Origin: Oceanispirochaeta sp.
GTDB lineage: Bacteria > Spirochaetota > Spirochaetia > DSM-2461
NCBI GenBank assembly: GCA_963663385.2
Contig: CAXXXD010000002.1
Location: 704,001 to 768,000, forward strand
Length of the DNA: 64,000 nt
Direction of reading: 5' to 3'
The position numbers were made by a program, and so were the translations under genes. The notes below the pieces were generated by a model. The model was given only the letters and a program-made list of their open reading frames with translations. It did not search any database and was not told the DNA's origin. Within the stretch, counting starts at the first letter, position 1. Each line of letters begins with the position of its first letter. Shown in pieces: positions 10,275-19,875 of this stretch.

Positions 10275-10796
10275 ATGGAAACTAGTTTTAAAGAGAATAT
10301 AGAAGAAGAAATCCAGAAGGCCGACTCGGATAAATACCTCTCCTTTTTTGTGGCAGGAGAGCAGTACGCCCTGAATGTCCTGAATATCCGGGAGGTTTTA
10401 AGCAATCAGAGTGTTAACCACATTCCGCGGATGCCTTATTTCATGCGGGGTATCATCAATCTTCGGGGGCACGTCGTTCCGGTTATTGATCTGAAAATGA
10501 AATTCGGACTGGGAGAGACCACGGACAGTATTGATACCAGCATTGTTGTTACGGAAGTTTCTATAGGGCAGGATGAAATTATCATGGGGCTCCTTACCGA
10601 TGGGGTGAATGAGGTTCTTGTGATTGAGGAAAAGGATATCGAGGCTGCTCCTGTTTTTGGGACGGAAGTTGATGCCAGCTTTATCAAGGGAATCGGAAAA
10701 AGAGATGACACTTTTATCGTTATTCTGGATATTAACAAGTTTCTGTCCATTGGGGATTTAAGCGCTCTTACAATAGAGTCAACCCTTGAATCGTAG
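10275..10796 (+). CDS. cheW: Chemotaxis coupling protein CheW
   Basis: KYLSFFVAGEQYAL, GIINLRGHVVPVIDL, GLLTDGVNEV. Confidence 0.95.
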   Translation: METSFKENIEEEIQKADSDKYLSFFVAGEQYALNVLNIREVLSNQSVNHIPRMPYFMRGIINLRGHVVPVIDLKMKFGLGETTDSIDTSIVVTEVSIGQDEIIMGLLTDGVNEVLVIEEKDIEAAPVFGTEVDASFIKGIGKRDDTFIVILDINKFLSIGDLSALTIESTLES

Positions 10797-10811
10797 ATAT
10801 AAAGGAGTGGA

Positions 10812-11606
10812 ATGGAGTATGTCCAAAGCAGTACCTGGCGGGAGGTGCTGGACAAATACGGGAGTTGGGATATCGATCTCATCCCCGCCCTTGGTCCGGA
10901 TGATTGTATTGGTAGGGAGATCATCCGGACCGATCCTTATATCTCCTTTCCTCAGGTGATTGTTACAGGACCGGATATAGACTTTATCTGCAGCACTACA
11001 AAACTTGAAGGGAAGAGGGTAGGGGTCGGAGAGGGTTATACGAGTTACCATTTTATGAAGAATAACCATCCGCAGATTGAACTGGTCACGACTGATAATG
11101 TTCTTGAGGGACTCCGGCTTCTCGATAAAGGCAGCATTGACGCTTTTGTCGGTCATCTGGCTGTTGTCCGGGATGGCGTCGAAAAATCCCGTCTGAATCT
11201 TCACATTGCAGGAAAAACCGAATATGTATTTGAGCATTGTATGGGGCTGCCTCAGGAGCATGCCCGCACTGTTGCCATATTTAACAAAGTTTTTGAGGGA
11301 ATGACAGCAGAGGATCATAGCCGGATCTATAACAGGTGGATAGATATGGAGAGGAAGCGGATCAAAGGTTTGCTCGAGGATCTGGAAATTCTGAGGGTTA
11401 AGCTGGAGGAAAGAAACGATGAACTGAAAAGGCTGGCAATTACCGATAAGTTGACAGATCTGTACAACCGTTTCAAGCTGGATGAAGCACTCTATACCGC
11501 CAAAAAAACGGAAGGAACAGGGTGGTCATACATTAAGTTCGGTATTTGGATTTGCATGATTCATGTAATAGAGGCGGATCATCATCTCTTTGAGATGTTT
11601 TATTGA
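10812..11606 (+). pseudogene. Remnant of a periplasmic-binding-domain (PBPb) diguanylate cyclase
   Basis: PBPb-like segment with no signal or TM, then a coiled coil and LAITDKLTDLYNR (start of a GGDEF domain). Similarity ends before any GG(D/E)EF motif. Confidence 0.65.
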
Positions 11607-11665
11607 TTTCAATTATCAATTTTAATAAAAAATTGTTGCATATTAATAAAATAAGGAGTTTTCCT

Positions 11666-12739
11666 TTGAAAGATAAGTACATTAATATAATTCTGTTTTT
11701 TTTGATACTGATTGTTCCTCCCTTAAGCGCAATTGAGAGGGGAGAAGACTGGGGGATAACTCCCCTTCCTGTTGTTGCCTATACTCCTGAAACAGCTTTC
11801 CTTTTTGGATTTAGCGGTCTGGCCTGGTATCAGCCCCCGGAAAATACCCTGACAAATATGTATATGTTTGAAATGGTCTACACAACAAAGAAACAGTTAG
11901 CCCTCAGGGTGGGACTGGAACACTATGCTCTGGAAGAGAAGTTAAAAGTGGAAACGGAAGTTTCCTACTCTCTCTTCCCCGACAGTTTCTGGGCAATAGG
12001 TCCCGATGCTCCAGACTGTTCACAGGAGGAATATACACCCTTAAAACTGGAGTTGCGGCAGTCTTTACCCTATCGGATATTTCCTGCTTTTCACCTTGGT
12101 CCTGTTTTTAGGATTACCCGGCACAAGCTGGATGATATGGAAGAAGGGGGCATCCTGTATAAAGGAATCACAGGAAGTGAGGGGGGCCGGAATCTGGGGC
12201 TGGGGTACTGCTTTATCTATGATACGAGGGATTCCAATATATACCCAGGAAAAGGAACGATTGTAAGTTGTTCAAATATTTATTTTTCCGAATGGGGAGG
12301 ACTGGGGGAATATTCATACCAGTGCTGGGAAGTGGATTTGCGCAAATATATAAGCCTCTCAAAAAAGAGTCAGCTTGCCTTGAGAGGAACAGCCTTCTTG
12401 AATTCGGGAAGTCATATCCCTTTTCAGGAGCTTCCAGTTCTGGGTGGACCCTTCCTGATGCGGGGATACTACCAGGGGCGTTACAGGGATAAAAATACGT
12501 TCTCTCTGCAGGGGGAATACCGATTTCCTATGATCGGCCGTCTTCGGGGTGTTCTATTTGGCAGTGCCGGGGCGGTGGCATCTGCCATTGAAAAGTTTTC
12601 TGATTCACCCGTCAGGCTAGCTGGTGGGACGGGGTTGAGATTTGCGGTTAATAAAGAGGAGAATCTGAATCTCCGGCTGGATAGTGCCTACTCTGCTGAG
12701 GGATTCAAGATCTATTTTGGTGTGCTGGAGGCGTTCTGA
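11666..12739 (+). CDS. Omp85/BamA-TamA-like beta-barrel outer membrane protein (no POTRA domains evident)
   Basis: Signal peptide, YDTRDSNIYPGKG, LGG..MRGYYQGRYRD, GTGLRF, C-terminal ...LEAF. TTG start after aaggag. Confidence 0.8.
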   Translation: MKDKYINIILFFLILIVPPLSAIERGEDWGITPLPVVAYTPETAFLFGFSGLAWYQPPENTLTNMYMFEMVYTTKKQLALRVGLEHYALEEKLKVETEVSYSLFPDSFWAIGPDAPDCSQEEYTPLKLELRQSLPYRIFPAFHLGPVFRITRHKLDDMEEGGILYKGITGSEGGRNLGLGYCFIYDTRDSNIYPGKGTIVSCSNIYFSEWGGLGEYSYQCWEVDLRKYISLSKKSQLALRGTAFLNSGSHIPFQELPVLGGPFLMRGYYQGRYRDKNTFSLQGEYRFPMIGRLRGVLFGSAGAVASAIEKFSDSPVRLAGGTGLRFAVNKEENLNLRLDSAYSAEGFKIYFGVLEAF

Positions 12740-13791
12740 TGAAGTTTAGAAAAAGATATCTTATACTTTTTTTCTTGCTGTTTATATCTCTTTTCTCAAA
12801 TTGCAGGACAGGGGAAACCACCGGACGGGAGGATCTTGGCGGAAGGATCGAAAAACATGAAATGGTTTTGATCGGCGGAATGAAACAGGCCATTACTATC
12901 CGGGGAAATCACACGGACAGTCCGGTTCTCCTTTGGTTACACGGAGGTCCCGGAGCTTCACAGATGGCCGTGAGCCACCATTATGATACTGCTCTGGAAG
13001 ATTCATTTATTGTCGTTCAATGGGATCAACGAGGAGCCGGGAAGTCTAATCCGAAGGGATTTGATGAGACAACCATGACAAATGCTCAGTTTATCCGGGA
13101 TTGTCATGAACTGACCCGGTATTTAAAAAAGGTTCTGGGAAGAGAGAAGATCTATCTTCTCGGACACTCCTGGGGGACCCAGCTGGGGATTCAAGTGGCC
13201 GGACTCTACCCGGAAGATTACCTTGCCTATATAGGAGTCAGTCAGGTTATTAATGCTCTGGATGCTCATGTTGTAGGAGAGAGATGGTTACGGGAGACTT
13301 TAATCAGTGAGAATAAAAAACGGGATATTAGGAAACTGGACAAACTTGGTCCGCCCCCCTACCGCGACCATGAAGATTTTGTTCGTTTTATCCACCTGAT
13401 TGACAAGTATGGCGGTAGCTTTGATATCTCCTTCGGAAAATTGATTCGAATAGCCATAGGCTCCCCTTATTACTCCCTTTCAGATATGAAAAGTTGGTTG
13501 AACGGAGCAAACCGGGGCAGCGGTCCCTTGTGGGAAGAGTCTTTACGTTTTGATGCGAAAAAGGATATCCCTCATTTGGATTTACCGGTTCTGTTGATTG
13601 CAGGAACGGGGGATTACAATACCCCTATAGACCTGGTGGAAGAGTATGCCAGTATGCTTCAGACGCCCAGTATTAAAAGAGTGGTCAGAATTGAGGGCGC
13701 TTCCCATACTCCTCAATTTAAAGATCCTGAAGGGTTTGCCCGTATCCTGAGAGATTTCAGGAAAGAGGTGGAAGGGGATAGGGCAAAATGA
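12739..13791 (+). CDS. Alpha/beta hydrolase (proline iminopeptidase-like), probable lipoprotein
   Basis: HGGPG, DQRGAGKS, GHSWG nucleophile, Asp in GDYNT, His in ASHTP. Lipobox-like LFSNC. Confidence 0.85.
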   Translation: MKFRKRYLILFFLLFISLFSNCRTGETTGREDLGGRIEKHEMVLIGGMKQAITIRGNHTDSPVLLWLHGGPGASQMAVSHHYDTALEDSFIVVQWDQRGAGKSNPKGFDETTMTNAQFIRDCHELTRYLKKVLGREKIYLLGHSWGTQLGIQVAGLYPEDYLAYIGVSQVINALDAHVVGERWLRETLISENKKRDIRKLDKLGPPPYRDHEDFVRFIHLIDKYGGSFDISFGKLIRIAIGSPYYSLSDMKSWLNGANRGSGPLWEESLRFDAKKDIPHLDLPVLLIAGTGDYNTPIDLVEEYASMLQTPSIKRVVRIEGASHTPQFKDPEGFARILRDFRKEVEGDRAK

Positions 13792-14551
13792 GAGGAATCT
13801 TAAAGAAATCGTGAATCGGCAGATTCCTTTACACTCTTTGGACACTGTCTGAGTTATCGCAGCTTTTTCTGCTTTTCCAGTGTTAGAAACGGCTGAATTT
13901 TAATTTTCAGCCGGATTTAATCTATGCCATTGGTTGCTATAATGATAAATCGATGACATATAAAATCCACTTACCTCTCTTCTTCTATTTTTTTTATATC
14001 ATGAAAATCTGGTCCATATATTTCTCTATTTCTAAATCTTTAATCTGCCAGGGTATATATTTTAGATAGGGCCTCCTGAAAAAGTATTTCAGGAAGTTTA
14101 TATTTCTCCAATACTGAGTCTTTCATCAATTTCTGTCATTTCTGTGGGACATATTTTATCCAAGTTCATGCCCAAAACAGCCAGAAAGATTTCTGTTTTA
14201 CTGGTTGATCTTAATATGGATTTTATCAAGTACAACCCTTATTTTAAGAAGAAAACTGCTTTGCATAGTCATTCATTTTACTCCGGGATACTTTTTCTCT
14301 CAATCCTTCCTCAGTCTCCTGCAATAATACTTATGGTCGTTTTTTTTCCTTAACGGATGAGGCCTCTATCGAAGTTCTTATTGGGAGTCTGAATGTAAAT
14401 GAGTGCAGCATTTTCCAACTGAAGCGGGATGCAATTATTTTCTGCTATCATAATATCAGACTGATAGACAATTAATACCCGTTCTTTTTTGTATTACTAT
14501 ATTCCCATTAAATATCAATTTATTTCAAAAAAAAATGGAATTCTTCCAAAG

Positions 14552-14589
14552 AAATTGTAACACATATGAAAATTTCAATGTTACAATTT
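14552..14589. promoter_or_regulatory. Perfect inverted repeat upstream of the TRAP operon (putative operator)
   Basis: AAATTGTAACA-N16-TGTTACAATTT, about 50 bp upstream of the dctP-like start. Confidence 0.55.
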
Positions 14590-14640
14590 TATCAGGATCC
14601 CTCGTCGGGGGACAAATACCAAACAATGCGGAGAGAATAG

Positions 14641-15678
14641 ATGAAAAGAAAGATTACTTTTGTTTTGCTGATGCTGATTGTAATGATGCCCATGCTGATA
14701 GGCGCTCAACAGATCACGATTAAACTGGCACATTTGAATCCTCAAAATCCTTTCGATGTCCCTTCAGCAGCCATGGCTGCGGCTTTTAAAGCAGAAGTGG
14801 AATCCCGTTCAAATGGAGAAATCGCAGTAGAACTATTCCCGAATGGCGTCCTTGGTAAAGAACGTGAGACCATGGTCCAGGTAAAAGGGGGCGTGATACA
14901 GTCCTATATTGCATCCACCGGCGGTATGTCCTCCTATTACCCGATGATCGATGTAACCAATCTTCCTTTCGCCTTCTCAAGTTACAATGTGGGGTATAAA
15001 GTTTATGATGGCGATTTCGGTCAGGAATTCGCTGCGGATATCGAAAAGAAAACCGGTTTTAAAGTTCTTGGATTTGGAGAATCAGGCGGTTTCTTTGCCA
15101 TTACCAATTCGAAGAGAGAGATCCGTTCTCCCCGGGATATGAGAGGATTGAAGATTCGTACAATGACCGTTCCCCTTCACCAGAATATCATCAAATCATT
15201 GGGAGGATCAGCCACACCGATTGCCTGGGCCGAGGTATATACGTCTTTGCAGACTGGTGTTGTCGATGGACAGATGAATCCTGTATCTATTATTAATATG
15301 GCGAAATTTCAGGAAGTTCAGAAATACATAACTCTGACAAATCACCTTTATGCTCCCTATGTATGGATTATGAACGGTTCATTCTATAATAAATTGTCAG
15401 AGGAACATAAAAATATTATAGATGATGCCTCAAGAACAGCGATCCTTGCCGGACGCGGTCTGAGCAGGATTATTGATTCCTCTGACAAGGGACTTCCCGC
15501 TCTGCAGAAAGTAATGGACGTTTATGTCCCCACTTCCAGTGAAATGCGGCAATTCCGTGATGCTACTATCCCCGAGGCCAGAGCGTTTATTGAAGGAAAA
15601 TACAAACAGGATGGAAAATACTGGATTGATAAGTTCCTGGATGCAATTGAAAAAGCTGAAAAGGAACTTGGTTATTAA
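14641..15678 (+). CDS. dctP: TRAP transporter substrate-binding protein (DctP family)
   Basis: Signal peptide, LFPNGVLGKE, GLKIRTM (conserved Arg), AWAEVYTSLQTGVVDGQMN, TLTNH. Confidence 0.92.
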   Translation: MKRKITFVLLMLIVMMPMLIGAQQITIKLAHLNPQNPFDVPSAAMAAAFKAEVESRSNGEIAVELFPNGVLGKERETMVQVKGGVIQSYIASTGGMSSYYPMIDVTNLPFAFSSYNVGYKVYDGDFGQEFAADIEKKTGFKVLGFGESGGFFAITNSKREIRSPRDMRGLKIRTMTVPLHQNIIKSLGGSATPIAWAEVYTSLQTGVVDGQMNPVSIINMAKFQEVQKYITLTNHLYAPYVWIMNGSFYNKLSEEHKNIIDDASRTAILAGRGLSRIIDSSDKGLPALQKVMDVYVPTSSEMRQFRDATIPEARAFIEGKYKQDGKYWIDKFLDAIEKAEKELGY

Positions 15679-15770
15679 TATCTGTCCTGAATCCTGAATC
15701 TCGAATATCGGGACTATCGCAGAAGTGCTCTTTGTAACTTTTGTGATAGCCCCTTTAAGGAAATATCAAA

Positions 15771-16304
15771 ATGAATACAAATCAAACAGAGAAAGGCTCC
15801 CTTCTCCAGAGGTTGTCCGATCTGCTCTCGAGGGTTGTACAGTACTCCTGCATATTCGCCATGGGTACCATGACCCTTGTGGTTCTTCTGGGCGTTATCT
15901 TCCGCTATATCTTTTTATCTCCTCTGAGCTGGTCTGAGGAACTGTCCCGTTATTTAATGATATGGGGAGCTTCACTGGCCATAACAATTGGTATCAGGGA
16001 AAATGAACACGTGGGCCTTACCGTATTGATTGACCAGACCGGATCAAAAGTCATCAGGATTATTCTGAATACGATTATTTTTGCTGTAACAGCAGCTTTT
16101 TATAGTGTGATGATCTACTTTTCCATAAAAATGACAATAGAGGCAAAATGGCAGTATACTCAGGGACTTGGTATCTCGATGGTACTTCCCTCTCTGGCTA
16201 TCCCTGTTGCCATGACAACGGCGCTGATGCAGCTTATCATCAGTTATATATCCTCTCCGGATCCTGGTACTCATGGCCAGGATATTCATGTCATTGATAT
16301 TTAA
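15771..16304 (+). CDS. dctQ: TRAP transporter small permease
   Basis: Four TM segments, VIFRY...WSEELSRYLMIW...HV motif. Confidence 0.9.
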   Translation: MNTNQTEKGSLLQRLSDLLSRVVQYSCIFAMGTMTLVVLLGVIFRYIFLSPLSWSEELSRYLMIWGASLAITIGIRENEHVGLTVLIDQTGSKVIRIILNTIIFAVTAAFYSVMIYFSIKMTIEAKWQYTQGLGISMVLPSLAIPVAMTTALMQLIISYISSPDPGTHGQDIHVIDI

Positions 16305-16319
16305 AATAAAGGATACCAA

Positions 16320-17609
16320 ATGATTTTATCCATCATAATAGTCTTTTTTACTCTATTGATACTGGGGATTCCCATTGGAATTACAATCGGCTGTGCCGGG
16401 CTGGTCGGGCTTTTCATGATGACCTCCGATATCAGTATGTTTTCTATGGCTCCCCTGCAGTTTTTCTCAGGGTTGGATATGTTCACTCTGATGGCCATGC
16501 CCTTTTTTATACTGGCTGGAGAGATTATGAACAAAACCGGGATTACCCACAGACTGGTCAAGTTTTCCAATATTCTGGTCGGCCACTGGCGGGGCGGTCT
16601 GGCTCATGCCAATATTATGGCAAGTATTTTCTTTGCGGGTATGACCGGAGCGGCTGTATCAGATACGGCTGCCATAGGTACTATGCTGATACCGGCCATG
16701 GAAAAAGACGGATACGACCTGGACTTCTCTGCCGCAGTTACAGCCTCCTCTTCCATCATCGGACCAACGATCCCCCCTTCCAATATGATGGTAATCTATG
16801 GTTCTCTTATGAATGTTTCAATTGCCGGTCTCTTTGCTGCGGGATTTCTACCGGGTCTGGTTCTTGGTGCTATGCTTATGGTTCTCTCATCGATTATTTC
16901 TATTAAACGGGGTTATCCCAAAAGCGAAAAAACCAGTTTCAGGGAAAAGCTGGTAGGCTTTAAAAATGCCATTCTGCCTCTTTTGATGCCTGTAATTATT
17001 CTGGGAGGAATCCTCTCGGGAGTCTTTACACCGACTGAAGCGGCAGCTGTAGCGGTTGCCTATGCTTTTTTTGTCGGATTCTTTCTACTGAAGAGCATCA
17101 GGATCAAAGATCTTTCCGGGATGCTTATTAATACAGCAAAGATTACCGGCGTTGTCTTCCTGATTATCGGGACGGCGTCTATTCTCAGCTGGGTCCTGGC
17201 TATTAATCAGGTACCTCAGGCTATCGCAGACTTTCTGCTTGCAGCGACAGGTAATCCAAAGATCGTTCTGCTGTTGATTATTCTCCTGATGCTGGTGGTC
17301 GGAATGTTTATGGATATTGCTGCAGCACTGATTATTCTGGGGCCCATCCTTCATCCTATCGCTGTATCAATGGGTATGAGTCCTATCCATTTCGGTATTG
17401 TCATGGTTTTATCTTTGAACATTGCATTGATGACCCCTCCGGTAGGCGCCTGCCTGTTCGTGGCCTGCAGCATAACAAAGCTGTCCCTGATGAAGCTGAG
17501 CAGAGCAATCTTCCCCTTCATTATCGTGGAAGTTGTTGCACTGTTTATCATTGCCTATTTTCCCGGGATTTCAACGTTCCTGCCCACCCTGCTGGGATTC
17601 AGCGGCTGA
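16320..17609 (+). CDS. dctM: TRAP transporter large permease
   Basis: MAMPFFILAGEIM, GGLAHAN, GPTIPPS, GVFTPTEA, TPPVG motifs. Confidence 0.95.
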   Translation: MILSIIIVFFTLLILGIPIGITIGCAGLVGLFMMTSDISMFSMAPLQFFSGLDMFTLMAMPFFILAGEIMNKTGITHRLVKFSNILVGHWRGGLAHANIMASIFFAGMTGAAVSDTAAIGTMLIPAMEKDGYDLDFSAAVTASSSIIGPTIPPSNMMVIYGSLMNVSIAGLFAAGFLPGLVLGAMLMVLSSIISIKRGYPKSEKTSFREKLVGFKNAILPLLMPVIILGGILSGVFTPTEAAAVAVAYAFFVGFFLLKSIRIKDLSGMLINTAKITGVVFLIIGTASILSWVLAINQVPQAIADFLLAATGNPKIVLLLIILLMLVVGMFMDIAAALIILGPILHPIAVSMGMSPIHFGIVMVLSLNIALMTPPVGACLFVACSITKLSLMKLSRAIFPFIIVEVVALFIIAYFPGISTFLPTLLGFSG

Positions 17610-17854
17610 GTCGGCATGATAAACCGTTAAAGACCGCAGATGGCTCTGCAGCCTTTAGCGGTTTGACCTGCCCGGGTAATGGCCGGGCCTTGAAAGGCTT
17701 CTGCAGGTAAACTGTGAGCGGAGAGAAGCAGGTCCCTGCCCGCGGATCCCGAACTTCCCCGGAAGATCAGGGAGGGGCGGGAGAATGAGATCCGGCGCTG
17801 CATTGTTTTCTGCGACTGCTTCGAATCCCTGAACCGGGGATTCCCCCTGAAGAG

Positions 17855-18721
17855 TCAGGTTCTCCCTCTCCGGCTTCTCTGAATCATTCCCATCACATTG
17901 TATATCAGCTGGGCGGCGGTGAAGTCGCAGAATCCGAGATGCTTTTGCGGCGCCAGTTCCACGCAGTCGAACCCCACTACCTGCCTCTGGCCGATGACAG
18001 ATTCCAGAAGGTCCAGGGTCTGATACCAGCTCAGTCCCCCCGGAACAGGGGTGCCTGTAGCCGGAACCAGGCTGCTGTCCAGCCCGTCGATGTCTATGGT
18101 TATATAAAGGAACTCCGGAAAGTCGGCGGGGAGGGACAGTGTCCGGATCTGTTTTGAAGAGGCTTCTCTGCCTGTGAGGCAGTATATCCCTTTTTCCTTT
18201 TGATACAGGTACTCCTCTTCGCACCAGGCCCTTATTCCCAGCTGGTAGATTTTCCACCCGCTCAGTTCATGGATTTTCCGTATCACCGAAGCGTGACTGT
18301 AGGGATTCCCTTCGTAATTGTCCCTCAGGTCCGCATGGGCATCGATCTGGACCAGTCCGACCCGTGTGCCGAAGCAATCGAAGACAGCCTGGGCGGCCCC
18401 CAGGCTGACCGTATGTTCTCCCCCCAGAAGGACGGGTATTTTCTGCATGCCCAGAACCCGGTTCGTCTGCTTCCTTATCCCTGCAACAACCTCTTCCGCA
18501 GTGTTTCCGGTTACCGCTTCGGCTGTGTAAATCCCTTCTTCGAAAGGAGAACTAAGGCCGTCCCATGTCTCCAGCTGGCCGGAAGCTTCAAGAATCGCCT
18601 CGGGTCCGCCGGCTGTTCCGCCGCCGTAGCTGACGCTTGCTTCAAGTGGGGCGGGGATCAAATGGAACAGAGCCTGTTCCGGTGCTGTGTTGGCCATTTC
18701 AGAGTAGAGAAAATGCTTCAT
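17855..18721 (-). CDS. speB: Agmatinase (ureohydrolase family)
   Basis: GGEH, DAHADLRD, SHAS, DIDGLD, TGTPVPGG motifs. In an operon with speA. Confidence 0.9.
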   Translation of the reverse strand: MKHFLYSEMANTAPEQALFHLIPAPLEASVSYGGGTAGGPEAILEASGQLETWDGLSSPFEEGIYTAEAVTGNTAEEVVAGIRKQTNRVLGMQKIPVLLGGEHTVSLGAAQAVFDCFGTRVGLVQIDAHADLRDNYEGNPYSHASVIRKIHELSGWKIYQLGIRAWCEEEYLYQKEKGIYCLTGREASSKQIRTLSLPADFPEFLYITIDIDGLDSSLVPATGTPVPGGLSWYQTLDLLESVIGQRQVVGFDCVELAPQKHLGFCDFTAAQLIYNVMGMIQRSRRGRT

Positions 18722-19875
18722 GACAGACGGCTCCTGAAGTCGCTATATCCAAAATGCTTCACCAGCTGCAGCTGTCCGCTCCCGGAATCGTAAAGGTATT
18801 GGCTCGGCAGTCCTATGCCGTTGAAAGTCGTGGTTTTTACCATGGTGTAGTGGGCCATATCGCAGAATACCACTTTATCTCCGGCTGCCAGGGGAGTATC
18901 GAAACTGTAGTCTCCTATCACGTCTCCGGCCAGACAGGTTACCCCCCCCAGACGGTAGGTTACAGCCTTTTCTCCCCCCCTGCCGGCACCGGCAATCTCC
19001 GGCCTGTAGGGCATTTCAAGCACATCGGGCATATGACAGCTGGCGGAAGTATCCAGAATAGCCAGATCACCGCGGTTCCTGTGTATGTCCAGAACCGTGG
19101 CGACAAGATAGCCCGCATTCAGGGCCCAGGCTTCTCCCGGTTCAAGATAGACCTTTACCCCGTACCGTTTACGGATTTCCAGGATGAGTTCTGTCAGTTC
19201 ATCGGTCCTGTAGCCTTCCCTTGTTATATGATGGCCTCCTCCCAGATTGATCCATTTCAAACCTTCCAGTTCATCACCGAGGCTTCTCTCCACTGCTTCC
19301 CAGGTGCGCAGGAGAGCTGAGGAGTCCTTTTCGCAAAGGTTGTGAATATGGAGACCATCCACTTTTTTCAGAAATCCCGCGGGGAGTTCCTCCCGGATGG
19401 TTCCGAGACGGGACAGAGGAGCCGAGGGGTCATAGATCGCTGTGTCGGTCTCCGAATGGGAAGGGTTGTACCGCAGTCCGAAAGAGACTCTTCCGGCATA
19501 CTCCTCCCTTTCGGATGAGAACCGCTCCCACTGGGAGGGCGAATTGAAAATCAGGTGGTCCGAATGCTGAAGCAGCTCCTTCAGACTCTCATGGCTGTAG
19601 GCGGGGCTGTAACTGTGAACTTCCAGTCCCATTTCCTCCCGTCCCAGTCTGGCTTCATGAGGAGAACTGGCGCATATGCCGGAGAGATAGGGCCTGAGAA
19701 GATCGAAGCACGAGAACATGGAGAACCCTTTCAGGGCCAGAAGAACTTCGGCACCGCTTTCCCGGCCTACCGCCTGCATGATCCGCGCATTGTTTTCCAG
19801 CAGGGCCAGGTCTACGACGAATGCAGGACTCTTAATGCCGGAAAGGTCTAATCCTTTAAGGTAATCACATTCCAT
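18718..19875 (-). CDS. nspC: Carboxy(nor)spermidine decarboxylase
   Basis: LALKGFS (PLP Lys), GLHIHNLCE, NLGGGHHIT, HMPDVLEMPYRP, CLAGD, HYTMVKTTTFNG. Confidence 0.93.
   Translation of the reverse strand: MECDYLKGLDLSGIKSPAFVVDLALLENNARIMQAVGRESGAEVLLALKGFSMFSCFDLLRPYLSGICASSPHEARLGREEMGLEVHSYSPAYSHESLKELLQHSDHLIFNSPSQWERFSSEREEYAGRVSFGLRYNPSHSETDTAIYDPSAPLSRLGTIREELPAGFLKKVDGLHIHNLCEKDSSALLRTWEAVERSLGDELEGLKWINLGGGHHITREGYRTDELTELILEIRKRYGVKVYLEPGEAWALNAGYLVATVLDIHRNRGDLAILDTSASCHMPDVLEMPYRPEIAGAGRGGEKAVTYRLGGVTCLAGDVIGDYSFDTPLAAGDKVVFCDMAHYTMVKTTTFNGIGLPSQYLYDSGSGQLQLVKHFGYSDFRSRLS

Noticed and set aside
13800..14540. ORF 14144-14353 or an ncRNA/riboswitch in the AT-rich gap
   Set aside because: No recognisable protein motif or conserved RNA structure by eye. 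It may be a decayed gene, but I cannot assign it.
17655..18257. 200-aa minus-strand ORF overlapping speB in another frame
   Set aside because: Pro/Arg/Gly-rich shadow frame with no motif. The speB frame has all catalytic motifs.
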